From the NCBI GenBank assembly GCA_048128005.1, contig JBEUKZ010000050.1:1-64000 (forward strand): 64,000 nucleotides of DNA, written 5' to 3'. The translations under genes and the position numbers were made by a program. Origin of the DNA: Veleropilina oligotropha. Taxonomy: Eukaryota. Numbering within the stretch: position 1 is the stretch's first letter; every line of letters begins with the position of its first letter. The notes beneath the pieces are model-generated. The model was not told where the DNA came from and searched no databases. It worked only from the letters and a program-made list of their open reading frames with translations. Shown in pieces: positions 12,601-27,600 of the stretch.

Positions 12601-15600
12601 ATCAATGCGATGTGATAACACCCACCTGATTATCAACGTGATGCGATAACACCCACCTGGTTATCTTCCAGAGTTTCGATCAGTTCCTCGCTCGTCTTCA
12701 GCATTGTGATTTTAGTGCGCGAGTGAGGTTCGTGCTCGAACTCCATGGTTGTCCAGGTTACGTCGAGTTCCTTCAGTACTTTTTCCATACTCATCTCCTT
12801 GACAGCTTTGTCCACAATGCCACGCACTTCGTCCTCATAGTCGTGCAAATTCAAGGACAGAAGATCTGATAAGGTTGTACTCTCATCCATAACAAAGCGT
12901 ACCTTAGTAATACAAATAGATATTGCTGTTAAAACAACTTAAAGGTAGCAATATTTATGATCAGTAAAGTAAAATCAGTGTTATATTTAACCTACAGGAG
13001 ATATTGTGAATATTTATAACATGAAACATGACAGGGTAAATCTTTTCCAACATATTGTCAAAATAATAAACTTAACGAAAATATCAACTCAAGTTCATAC
13101 CATAAATGACATGCATGTACCGGTAATCGCCGTGACAATGACATGCATGTACCGGTAATCGCCGTGACAATGAGTCTGCGATGATAGATGAAATAGTAAG
13201 TAAAATTTTCTTATCATTACTTACCTCTCCAAGTTATAATTTAATATTAAGCAAAATAGTGTATGCTTGGAAAGTACTGGAGCAATAAGCAACAATGTGA
13301 GTGAGAAACAGGCACATCATTTAATGTGTTGATGTTGGCTCGCCTCAGAAGCATATTTCAATTAAATTTGGTGGATTCTTTTGGGCATACATAAGGCCTC
13401 AGATTAAATTGGAATATTTTTTGAATTACGATTCCAACGTTCCTCAAATCCATTAAATTCAGTTGAAATATGCTCCGTGCATCAAACCAGCCAGAAGCCG
13501 TGTCAACATATAAAGTGCCCTGTCTGCTCTTGTAATTTTACCAAAAATTATATCATAATTATTAAAATATCGAAATAAAAGGTTTTACATTAATTCGTGC
13601 TTGAGACAAAATTAGCTGGTCAATTGATGAACATATAAACAGTTAAACGTCTGCTAGAGGCTTAAAGTGATGTTAAAAACATGCACAGAAGCGTACGATT
13701 GAAGACCTTGGGTGTTCAATCCAAAATCTTAAATGCCCTGTCATTTATTATTAGTAATGGCTAATTTATAATTCTTTCACCAAGCATTTAGCTGATCATG
13801 TAGAAGTAAAGTTTCATTATTAATAATAAGTATATGAAACAGTCCCATGACATCCTGAGATACAACTTGAAATGTGGTGTTAGTCAATTATTGCTATTAA
13901 TAATGGAGTATTTATCGAGTATTAAAGCATTTCTGCGACATCATCTATTGTTCTGGTCAGTTGTTTATTCTGCTTATTCAATCGAAGAACAAAGCTTTCT
14001 TGGCCCAGCAGTGGTTTATTTTCCGGGCATTCAACTAATACACACCAATCAAGGACTCTCATTGAACTAATGCATCTAATTAAAGACCCTATTCAACTAT
14101 GTCACTTCAATTAACTTCAATAGAGGCACCTGGCGGGGAATGGGGCACCTGGCGGGAATGGGGCTATTGCTCAATAGTGAAATGATTTAAGTGACAAACT
14201 ATTCGCGTTGAATAGTTTATCCCATACGTACATAAGCTTTACATGTTGCTGTAAAGAATTCCAGCAAGATTAAAATTAGTTGATGTATTTAATGACCAAA
14301 TGGTATCCTCAATAATTTATATTATAATACTGCATCTTCTTTTCAAAAACATTTTAATGCCAGAATCAATATATCAATACTCATATTGCAAGAAGATTAT
14401 AGCATGAAAATAGTTAATAACTTTAACTAGAAAAACTATGTTCCCCGGAACATGGGTATGCCCCGGCAGCATCAATATATTAACTACCAAAGTATGTGTA
14501 TACAAAAAGCGTCTTGATCACCCATATGAACTCCTTGAAAATATTTTAACCAAAAACTTTAACAAAGTTTATATGTCTATATGAAAACACCAATTTTGTG
14601 TAATAATTAAATTAAATTTAGTCACTATCACTGTCACGTGACTTCCATATAATAATACCAAAGCATATAAATATATTCTGAATCGAGCCTTCCGCAGCCC
14701 ATACACATAAACAGGAAAACTTTAACCAGAATATATATGTAAAAAAACAAATTTATTTGCAATTATTATAATGAATTCAATTTTATTAAATATCACTACC
14801 AGATTCCCAGGTAACATCCATAGAATCAATACCAAAGCATACATATGCCGAAAAGACCCTTAATAAAAACTTTAACTGAAAATTCTAATGAGAATCACCA
14901 ATTTATTTGCAATAATTAACTCAATTTTATCAAATATCACTGCCAGAGTATCAGGTAACATTCATATAATCAATACCAAAGCATATAATTTATGCCGAAG
15001 AGTCCCTTAAGCAAGTCATATACGCTCAATGAAAAACTTCAACCGTAAATTCTAATCAGAATTTCTATGTTCAAGAACACCAATTTATTTACATAAATTA
15101 AATTAAATATTATTCAATACCACTGCCAGAGAATCAGGTAACATTCATATAATCAATACCAAAGCATATATATGTCAAAAAGTCCCTTGAGCAAGCCATA
15201 TACACTCAATGAAAAACTTTAACCGAAAATTTGAATCAGAATTTCTATGTTCAAAAACACCAATTCATTTGCATCAGTTAAATTAAATTTTATTCAATAT
15301 CACTGCCAGAGTATCAGGTAACATCCATATAATCAATATCATATCACATATATGCCAAAAAGTCCCTTGAGCAAGTCATATACACTCAATAAAAAACTTG
15401 AACCAGAAATTTTACCAGAATTTCTATGCTCAAAAACACCAATTTATTTGCAATAATTAAATTAAATTGTATTCAATATCACTGCCAGAGTATCAGGTAA
15501 CGTCCATATAATCAATACCAAAGTATACATATGCTAAAAAATCCCTTAAGCATCCCATATATGATCCATGGAAAAAAACCTTAACAAAAACTGCGGACAT

Positions 15601-18600
15601 ACGTACGTATGCCCCTCCGGACTATCGTCCCGGGGCGTAATTACGACATTTTGACACCAATCAAGTATTTAAATAACACGTCAATTAAAAAAATACACTC
15701 ATTCATACAACCACATGCATACATCACACATCAACCACATGCATACATCACACATCAACCACATGCATACATCACACATCAACCACATGCATACATCACA
15801 CATCAACCACATGCATACATCACACATTTATCATTTTCTTGAGATATGTTTTTTCGCAGTTGGGTAAACTGCTCCCACATGGTGATATATCCATCGACAA
15901 ACCCACTCAAATTTTCTGACGTCGCAGATTTCGCACAATACACAGTAACAAATAATTTCATTATAATAATGATGAAAAGGTGATAAAACATGCACTGGAT
16001 TATGAATTGATGCAGATGTAGCAGATTTTGTTCGTGCCAATCAATACAGCATCGCCAGAATGCTGCGAAACCGACCTTATTCTGATTCCCAGACTTTTCA
16101 ATGTTTCCACGAGAGCAAGGAAAAATGAATAAGTCAAGACCTAAAACTGCTTAAGTTTTAAATTAACATATGGACCTTATGCTAACAATGCTAACAATGC
16201 TAACAATCATGCACATTAAAATTTTATTATATTAAAGAAACGTACTCAAGATTGATGACAGTGTAGATTTATTTAGAACCAGTCTAGCTGTAGTGTGAGA
16301 GCAATTTATGGAAAAACATACCATGACTGTAGGTAATAATGCCAAGTTTTTAATGTTTGCTTAAATTGAGTCAGCATATTCATTTAAAGCTGGTCTATTT
16401 GATAATATCAGGCTGTGTACCCTTACCTTGGTAACAATCATCAGCTGTTGACAGATGACTAGGATATTCTTGTTGGCTGTATACCCTTACCTTGATAGCA
16501 ATCATCAGCTGTTGCTGGATGACTATATGACATTTTAGCAGGCTGTGTACCCTTACCTTGGTAGCAATCATCAACTCTTGCCGGATGACAGTGAGATTCT
16601 ATTTGGCTGTGTACCCTTACCTTGGTAGCAATCATCAACTCTTGCCGGATGACAGTGAGATTCTATTCGGCTGTGTACCCTTACCTTGGTAGCAATCATC
16701 AACTCTTGCCGGATGACAGTGAGATTCTATTTGGCTGTGTACCCTTACCTTGGTAGCAATCATCAACTCTTGCCGGATGACTGACATTCTATTCGGCTGT
16801 GTACCCTTACCTTGGTAGCAATCATCAACTCTTGCCGGATGACTGAGATTCTATTCGGCTGTGTACCCTTACCTTGGTAGCAATCATCAACTCTTGCCGG
16901 ATGACTGAGATTCTATTCGGCTGTATACCCTTACCTTGGTAGCAATCATCAACTCTTGCCGGATGACTGAGATTCTATTCGGCTGTATACCCTTACCTTG
17001 GTAGCAATCATCAACTCTTGCCGGATGACAGTGAGATTCTATTCGGCTGTGTACCCTTACCTTGGTAGCAATCATCAACTCTTGCCGGATGACAGTGAGA
17101 TTCTATTCGGCTGTGTACCCTTACCTTGGTAGCAATCATCAACTCTTGCCGGATGACAGTGAGATTCTATTTGGCTGTGTACCCTTACCTTGGTAGCAAT
17201 CATCAACTCTTGCCGGATGACAGTGAGATTCTATTCGGCTGTGTACCCTTACCTTGGTAGCAATCATCAACTCTTGCCGGATGACAGTGAGATTCTATTT
17301 GGCTGTGTACCCTTACCTTGGTAGCAATCATCAACTCTTGCCGGATGACTGACATTCTATTCGGCTGTGTACCCTTACCTTGGTAGCAATCATCAACTCT
17401 TGCCGGATGACTGAGATTCTATTCGGCTGTGTACCCTTACCTTGGTAGCAATCATCAACTCTTGCCGGATGACTGAGATTCTATTCGGCTGTATACCCTT
17501 ACCTTGGTAGCAATCATCAACTCTTGCCGGATGACTGAGATTCTATTCGGCTGTATACCCTTACCTTGGTAGCAATCATCAACTCTTGCCGGATGACAGT
17601 GAGATTCTATTCGGCTGTGTACCCTTACCTTGGTAGCAATCATCAACTCTTGCCGGATGACAGTGAGATTCTATTCGGCTGTGTACCCTTACCTTGGTAG
17701 CAATCATCAACTCTTGCCGGATGACAGTGAGATTCTATTTGGCTGTGTACCCTTACCTTGGTAGCAATCATCAACTCTTGCCGGATGACAGTGAGATTCT
17801 ATTCGGCTGTGTACCCTTACCTTGGTAGCAATCATCAACTCTTGCCGGATGACTGAGATTCTATTCGGCTGTGTACCCTTACCTTGGTAGCAATCATCAA
17901 CTCTTGCCGGATGACAGTGAGATTCTATTCGGCTGTGTACCCTTACCTTGGTAGCAATCATCAACTCTTGCCGGATGACTGAGATTCTATTCGGCTGTGT
18001 ACCCTTACCTTGGTAGCAATCATCAACTCTTGCCGGATGACTGAGATTCTATTCGGCTGTGTACCCTTACCTTGGTAGCAATCATCAACTCTTGCCGGAT
18101 GACTGTGAGATTCTATTCGGCTGTATACCCTTACCTTGGTAGCAATCATCAACTCTTGCCGGATGACTGAGATTCTATTCGGCTGTATACCCTTACCTTG
18201 GTAGCAATCATCAACTCTTGCCGGATGACTGAGATTCTATTCGGCTGTATACCCTTACCTTGGTAGCAATCATCCGCTCTTGCCGGATGACTGTGAGATT
18301 CTAGTCGGCTGTATACCCTTACCTTGGTAGCAATCATCAGCTGTTGCCAATGCCGATCTCTGATTGCTGGATTCTGAAGTTCACTGACGGCTCTCAGTGA
18401 TGTTAGCATGTTCTTCACGGTGCCCTCAACGCCACTGTAGGCATCCCAGGCCCGCATTTCTTTGTCCAAAGTTCGGATGTCTTTGGCGAATTTCTTGGAA
18501 TCCAGGTCCATCTGCTCCACATTGATTTCCTTCCATGGAGTGGTCTTCCAGTCGTCGATGCTACTTCGGACGATGAAGATGTAATCCCAGAGCGTCTTCA

Positions 18601-21600
18601 ACAGTTTGAGCTCCTTGCGACACTGCTTCAGTTGTTTGAAGTCGGGAATGTTCACCTCGAACAGGCCCGCAGACTCTTGCAGGTTCGACATTTCCTTCTC
18701 CATGGACAGGATCTCCTCGTGATTCTGAGAGAGAGAGAAGAAATGGTGCATCGCCATGAATCAAGAGCTAATGATACATCATCACGAAAAATGGTATACA
18801 AAAAAGAGCAAAAGATGTATTACGTTTAATAATTACAATTATGATAAATTGCATTACACTTCTGAAATGTTATTATCAACTTATAGCATGTAAATCCTTA
18901 CTCAAGTATCATTGGTGCAATGTGCTGATTATTACAGGACTCAAACTAGCCATCAACTTATAATCATAGCATACACACATACCTTATCTAGTAATATATA
19001 AGGAATTTCGCAGTCATAACGGAATGGTTGAATTCCCCTGAACTTTTCACGGAATTTATGTTGATTTACGTCGAATGTTGCGCTCTTCTTACGAATGTTG
19101 GCCACCTCATTAGCCTGCAGTGGCGCCACCTGCTGCTTCACAGTAATCGCAATCTTCTTGGAATTATTCCACTGCTCCGGAAGTTCCTGCAATCCAACAA
19201 CAAGAACAAACCATAAAGAGGGATCAATTGATAATTAACGATATTTAAGCCCTAAATCTGGTGATTGCACATTGAATGATGACTTTAATATAACGTTTGG
19301 CAATTACTTGTGAAAAATTTCATGACGTATAATTATAATGTCACTTTTGGTAAATGGACAGAACTATATAGTCACCTGCAAATTACACTTCACTTAGACA
19401 AGATGCATTCAAAGCAAATGAGAAATGTACAAATCATGTGTGACTGTAATTCAAAATAATGGTGCAAATGTCATTTATTGCAGAACAGATTCCACTATCT
19501 CAATCGAGTTATAATATCTACATACAAGTGGCCGCTGGTATCGATGGCATGATAGCCCTGCATCTCACCTGCAGAATATCCTACATAAGTACATACATGC
19601 GGACGAATCTGTTGATGACAGGATAGCCCTTCATCTCACCTGCAGAATATCCTACATACATGCGGACGAATCTGTTGATGACAGGATAGCCCTGCATCTC
19701 ACTTGCAGCATATCGTACATATAAGCGGATGATTCTGTTGACGGCAGGATAACCCTGCAGCATATCCTACATACATGAGGGCGATTGTGTGCATCTCACC
19801 TGCATCTGGCAGGATAGCCCTTCATCTCACCTGCAGCCGGCAGGATAGCCCTGCATCTCACCTGCATCTGGCAGGATAGCCCTGCATCTCACCTGCATCT
19901 GGCAGGATAGCCCTTCATCTCACCTGCAGCCGGCAGGATAGCCCTGCATCTCACCTGCAGCTGGCAGGATAGCCATGCATTTAACCTGCAGCCGGCAGGA
20001 TAGCCCTGCAGCTCACCTGCAGCTGGCAGGATAGCCCTGCAGCTCACCCGCAGCCGGCAGGGTAGCCCTGCATCTCACCTGCAGCCGGCAGGATAGCCCT
20101 GCAGCTCATATGCAGCATGTCCTACATACATGCAGGCGATACTGTGCATCTCACCTGCTTCTGTCGACAGCAGGATAACCCCACATCTCACCTGCAGTTG
20201 GACGTGGACCTCTTCTGGCATCTCTTGGTCGTAAGTCTTCAGCAGTTCTATCGTTTGTTTCAGCGGTTCAAACATTTCGTCGGTGTTGGACTGTCGCTCC
20301 TTGACGGCGAATAGATTTCCCATGCATTCCACCAGGCCATTGTAGTCACCATCCTCAACCTGCTCGAGAAGTCCAGAATCAGCAGCCCTAATGAAGTCAG
20401 CCAGTTCATTCAAGCTGGAAAAGCAAAGGGAAACAATCAATGAAGTCGGCCATTCCATTCAAGCTGGAAAAGGAAAGGGAAACAATCAATGAATTCGGCT
20501 GGAAAAGCAAAGAGAAATAATTAAAGAGCTGGAAGAAATTAGAGATAGAGGCGCAATCGGTTATCTGGGAGACCACGTGGTATCACCAAAAAACGCATTC
20601 AAAGTAGCAATCTCCACTATGAATTAAATAACAACCAGACATTTGTCTGATTCTGGTTGGCATATACGATTACGCGTTATGTTTCTCACCTGAGTTGAAC
20701 GTAACTTACTTCATTATATACATGATTATTACTATTTAAATATTGTAGAGAAATGTCTTGCCTGTGATTATCATTCAACACGATAGTGCATACCTGTTGG
20801 TTACATGGTCAATCAAGTGCTGCTTGAACATAAAGCTCCATCGTTTGATGATATTAAGGAGGGACTGCCTGAACGGCCGGGCGTCCACACGGAACCACTG
20901 GTCAAACATCGTCGTGCCGTCCAAATGCTCAGCCTCGTCATAAATCTTCTCATAAGTGTCGATCTGAGGAACAAATAGAAACGGTGAACCATTTCGACAG
21001 AAGAATGTGACAATTAAAGATTTCTGATACAAGCTCGACTGTAAATACTGAAAACTATATTGAAACATTCTGGATGATAATAAAAATACTTTATTTTATG
21101 ACATAATCTGAATGTAAAAAATAATTTCATAAGAAAAGATAATTTATTCATATTGAGTAATGATCACATGACCAATTTGCAAGCTGCAGGAATTGCATCT
21201 TTAGCGACAATGTCAACATTATAATTTGGTAAAATTTGGTTAGGAAATGTTTACTGAAGAATATAATGATGATTGTTGTGACCGATGGCTATTGCTGCCG
21301 ATACAAAGTTTAATATTTATTTTAGTTAGATCATTTTGGAACAGCATATGAAAAAACACACAAGACTTACAAAAACAATTGAGTTTGCATGGTACAAGGA
21401 TCAGGTCTGCGTGAACACAGTCGGAGACATTATTTCTATTCCCTAAATTAAATTTAATACTTATAACTGTAATCTCTCTCTCTCTCTATGTAACGTGGAG
21501 GTCGTGCGGAATTGTCTCCCCTAGTTTAATAGATGGACAGAACTACGTACCTGGTCTTTGAACTGCTCTAGCGTCGGCGGACACTCCGGCACGCCATCCT

Positions 21601-24600
21601 CTGCGTGCGCCTCGATCTCCTCTGTGGTGAGGACGTGGTTATACAGCAGGAACTGCCGCATGAACTCATTGCGGTCGTCCACCCAGAGGTAGGCATAGTT
21701 GTCGAACGAGTTCCGGTAGTCGCACGCCTTGTTCATGATGTTCTGGATGCGCTCCATCAGCTCGTGTCGCATGTCAGAGAGGTCCTCCATATCCTCCAGA
21801 TCAGGCTGGAACGAGAAAACATGGAAACCTATATATAGCTATGCATATTAAGTGTTGAAGTAACTAAGTTTCACTGAATTGGAGAGAAAACAGCAAAAGC
21901 CATGGGATATATATTTTATACATATATGGAATCGATATGTTAAGTCTGAGATTTATGATATTGATGTTAAATGTTCAAAATAAATGAACTGTCACAATGG
22001 TATAGCCTTATTGAATTTGGTGAGGACTTTTTTGACGGAATATACAAATAAATGTCGGTTCAAGTGCACAATGAGTCATTTTTAAAAATTGCACACTTTT
22101 TACTGATCATTTGTTTAACATATTTATCTCATTGTTATCTTTAAGCCTAGGAATTGTATTATAGATATATTGTGCTAATTATATTGCAAGTATGCAGCAA
22201 GATGAAGTGACGCTGATTTATTTTGCAAAAATGACAAGAATCTTCATATTTTGGTCAAATGGTATGCGCTTCGCACAATTTCCTTTGATTTTTAAAAAAT
22301 AGGTAGGATTTTTTCATAGAGGTGTATTTGCTCTGAATAAGCAGGCAATATATAATTCAACAAGTCCAAAAACATGATTTTTCAGTCTATGTACCCTGTC
22401 TGTAAAACAACAACTAAATAAACAGGTTGATATAATATTTTTACCTGGTAATGTTCCTGCCCGTTGTGCTTGGCTAGTCTCGGGATCAGGGACGCTTGCT
22501 TGTAGATGTCCCCAACCAATCCATCCACAAGATCGTAAAACCCATCTGCCACTCCGTAGTCCAGGGACGGTGTGAACACCATGTCCGGGACATGCAGTTC
22601 CAGATGGGCCTCGAATAGAGCTTCTGGATTGAACTTGGAGTCAGTGTTGTCCAGCATGAAGTTCAGACTGCAGTTAATGGTGTTAAAGAACCCATCAACG
22701 ACCATGTCGTCCACATAATCTACATAGCATTTCCATGTGTCTGAGTTGGCGTCAGCTTTGAAATGACCAAGATTATCCTGGAGAGAAGAACGAGTAGCGG
22801 ATTAACAGTTAATATCAAATTTGAAACACGTAATATTATTGAAATATAGTTCTTAATAATATGAGAAATAGATCCGTTTGTTTTTGTTCCGATTCAACAT
22901 TTATAGTTCATATTTTAATGGAAGTTAGTCATAGATTATGAAGTGGAACCACCCGACCAGACCAGTTATGGACACTTGTGACTTCACCCCACAAAGTCTT
23001 CCAGATGAAGGCCAACTCCCTCCTCAAGTGATTTGGAAGCAACACACTTATCAACTCGACAAACTGATCAACCTTACAGGGCAGAGTTCAATTTTTATGA
23101 ATCTAGAATATATACTAAACTTAGTTACTGTGCGCACTGACCTGCAGTAGTGCATGGATCTTATCGGCAGCCTGCTTGATTTCGTTGTATCGTTTGTTCA
23201 GCCTCTCTTCACGATCGTCCAGGTTTAGCCGCGTGTCATATTTATCTTCCTTTCTCTCAAACAGCGGTATTTTACTCCAGGTGGCCATAACCTTCTGGAT
23301 TTGTTCGACATTATCTTTAGTCTTCTGCACACGAGACTCGAGATTAGACACCAGCTCTCTAGTTTCCTGAATATACGCCCACACACCTACAGAAAAGAAC
23401 AATTTATGTATGATCTATGAATTCTCCTTGTAGTGTGCTTATTGCATACTTAGAGAAAGTTCCATCACATTGTGATGAAAATAAACAAAAGAAATATATG
23501 ACTTCCTTATATTAAATACTATCATATTATATATAACACATTCTCCAGAGCTCCTAAAAGGACTTGAAAAAATATAAATTTCAAATCTGGATCATGATTA
23601 AACATATTAAATAAGAATTATGTAAGCCAATGATTTATGCTTTCTCGAGTATAAAATATACAGCTGCAGAGATGCCTTATATATCAATCGGAATGCCATA
23701 TATATAATACTCCGGTCTTATATAGCGCTTTATTATGCTAGTGTCTCAATGCACTGAACATTATTACCCCTGGTTATGGGCCTGTTCCACTCTATATGCC
23801 ATCTCAACTCCCTCTGGGAGCATTACAGTCATTTACACGCGGGTAGCGCCGTGACTTACATAACTGCCAACCAGGTACCCATTCAGACCGGTTGGGTGGA
23901 CCGAGGCAAATATACGCTTATTTCCTTGCCCAAGTGAAATCGCCGAGCTCTGGGGGGCGAACGCGAGACTCTGTGACCAGAGTCCTGTGAACAACCCACT
24001 GAGCCACGACGGCATATACAGTAATCTGTGATCTTAACTTTGCCAGTAACAGTGGTTAAATACTGTGCTAGCCGTCCATCATGTAGAAGTTTGCATGAAA
24101 AAATAATAAAAAATTCAGAAATAAAAAAATGTCTAAATATGGAAAATGTTGTCAAAATCAATGGTCGTACACGTAAAATTATGTCGCAGCGCGCTAGGGA
24201 AGCTCAAGGAGGGTTACAATATTAAATTTCAATAAGGTGGCAAGTAAAGTAGCCGAGATATTGTTCGGACAAAACTTGCATCCTGTATTTTGTGTCAAAG
24301 GTCACAACGGCAAGATCAATGGTCGCACACAGAAAATTATATTGTCACGCGCTAGGGTAGGTCATGGTAAATTAGCATACCACGTTTCATCAAGCTGACA
24401 TGCATACAAGCCGAGATATGTTCCAGACAAAAGCTTTATTCCATATATTTGGGGAAGGTCACAACGGCATGGTCAAAGGTCGCTCACGGAAAATTATGTC
24501 CCCAGGCGCAAGAATGGGTCAAGGTAAGTTAATATACAAAAGTAAATCAAGGTGGCATATATAGCAGCCGAGATATGGACCGGACAAAACTTGCATCCTG

Positions 24601-27600
24601 GATTTTGTGTCAAAGGTCACAACGGCAAGGTCAAAGGTCGCACATGGAAAATTATATCGCCACGCGCTAGGGTAGGTCATGGTAAGTTAGCTTACCAAGT
24701 TTCATCAAGCTGACATGCATACAAGCTGAGATATGTTCCGGACAAAAGCTTTATTCTATATTTGTGGAAGGTCACAAATTATGTCGCCACGCGCAAGGAT
24801 GGGTCATGGCAAGTTAATATACAAAAGAAAATCAAGGCGGCATATGGACAGGACAAAACTTGCAACCTGGATTTTGTCAAAGGTCACAACGGCAAGGTCA
24901 AAGGTCGCACCCGGAAAATTATATCGCCACGCGCTAGGGTAGGTCATGGTACGTTAGCATACAAAGTTTCATCAAGCTGACATGCATACAAACTGAGATA
25001 TGATCCGGACAAATCCTCAGCCCGCCTCGGGCGATGACAATAACCCCAGCCTTTTTTAATTGGATGAATATATCTATGTGTGTGAGCAGACATACACACA
25101 AACACTTACTGTCATTGTTCCAATCCAGGGATTTCTCGGCCTTTTCCAACTGAGTATCAATCTGCTCCAGCTGCCCCTCGACTAGCGGAAATTCCACTTC
25201 CAGAACCGTAGTGCGAACTTTATTATATAAATGAACAGTTAAATCTAGGTTAGCTAAGTACTGCCTGAACGTGTCGTTTCTTGAATATATGGCACTAGCA
25301 CTATCTGGTATCTCTTCCGTTGCTCGAATTTCAAGATATTTGACTTCTCGCAAAACGGCAACCAACTGTAAGAGAAGATAATTGCAACGTGCATTAATAA
25401 ATTAACTATCATGTATATCAGTTACCTAGCAATGGTTGGCAACATTGTTTTACGACCATTTCTTTGGCAATTTTTCAGCCGTATGGCAGTTGGGACACAC
25501 TGTTTAAGATCTCACTCTGATCTGACCGACATATAGGGAATAATTATGCTTGCTATTATTTTAAGTGGTAGAATGAACCGTCGCTGGCCTCGAACCCGGG
25601 ACCACACAACTAACAGCTCTGGTTGAGTCTGATGCGTTAACCACTCACCCGCCGATGTAGCTATCTATCAATGATAGCTCAGTTCACACGTCATTGATTG
25701 AACGATTTGCTTTTAGTTATGACAAACACAAGTACAAGAACACAAATACAAACCTGTGGGTCAAAATTGACTGATATTAGTTTATTTTCTTCATTTCTGG
25801 TCAGCAGAGGTTGATCCAGGTTAAATTTGCATGCTTCCCCAACACCTGTAGTCCATTCGTTGAATAATCGCTGATCGAAGCTAAAATAAAGAAAACATTT
25901 ATGAGGTAATAAATCAGAACAATTTATGCTATGTCAAGCAATTTTACCTTTGGGAAGATAATTATTACTTTAGACCATTTCTGCATCATCGTGAAACCGC
26001 CTTTTAATTGAAAAAGTCAAACGAAGATTTATATAATCTTACATCATCTGAGAAAAATTGATCAACAACATAAAAATGCACCGTCAATGCAAGATGGTAC
26101 ATGCGACTGTGACTCACCCAGCCAGTAACTGCAGCATCTCTTCATATTTGGTGAAAACCTGCTTGGCTTCTTCTGACTGTGTGCAGCTAAAAAACATATT
26201 CTCAATGAAGAAACATTTCAGGTTCAATGTAGCAAGGCGTAGACAGACATTAAATTGTAAACTATCATTTCAATCAGTTTGAAAATTAAGCATTTGCCAC
26301 AGGAAAATTACTACAAATAGGGATATAACATTTTGAAGAAAAAGTTAAACCAACGTTCTGACAACAGACATGACTGAAAAATTGTCAAAATGTAGTCTTA
26401 AAACTAAACTGATTCAAATGGACAAAAACATGACTCAACATTATGCTAAATGTATAAATCTACAGATTCAAAGAAAAGGTGATCGATTTACTAATAAAAA
26501 ATGATGCTTAAGTTGACCTGGTTACTTACGGATGCTCCAGGTGCTTGAAGTTGGACATGGGGATGGTGATGCGTTCCCGCAGCTCTTCGGCCCACCTCAA
26601 GCCTCCCGTCACCTTTGGCATGTTCTTGTGTATCGGTGGGCGACCGCCTTCCTTGCTGACAGCCATCTGCTTGTCATAGATAATCTTGACTATGTCCAAC
26701 TCTTTGTTCATGATAGAAACAATTCTAGGATATCGGTTTTCAAAATCTTGCTTGATTAGCAGTCGATCAAGAAGCGTTCCCATAATGTCCAAAAGCTAAA
26801 AGAGAAAATCCCCAAATTGGAGTATTAAGTGAGCTGCCTGTTTTCAACAATGTACCTATAATTATGTAATAGATTAATGATTATTAATCATCACAGGATT
26901 TGCTCGCTGTTTAATAACAGGTGCCTAAGAGTAAGTCAACTATTATAAAAAGCAATACAAGGGTATGATACTATAATGAATACCACATGTACTTCTACAT
27001 GATACTATAATGAATACCACATGTACTTCTACATGATACTATAATGAATACCACATGTACTTCTACATGATACTATAATGAATACCACATGTACTTCTAC
27101 ATGATACTATAATGAATACCACATGTACTTCTACATGATACTATAATGAATACCACATGTACTTCTACATGATACTATAATGAATACCACATGTACTTCA
27201 ACATGATACTATAATGAATACCACATGTACTTCTACATGTTACTATAATGAATACCACATGTACTTCTACATGATACTATAATGAATACCACATGTACTT
27301 CTACATGATACTATAATGAATACCACATGCACTTCTACATGATACTATAATGAATACCACATGTACTTCTACATGATACTATAATGAATACCACATGTAC
27401 TTCTACATGCTACTATAATGAATACCACATGTACTTCAACATGATACTATAATGAATACCACATGTACTTCTACATGATACTATAATGAATACCACATGT
27501 ACTTCTACATGATACTATAATGAATACCACATGTACTTCTACATGATACTATAATGAATACCACATGTACTTCTACATGATACTATAATGAATACCACAT

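Noticed and set aside
16887..18152. Repeated small ORFs MMIATKVRV... as separate genes or mutually exclusive exons
   Set aside because: They are read-outs of the 62/64-bp junction array. The spacing between a donor and the next AG is only about 30 nt with no pyrimidine tract, too short for ordinary introns.
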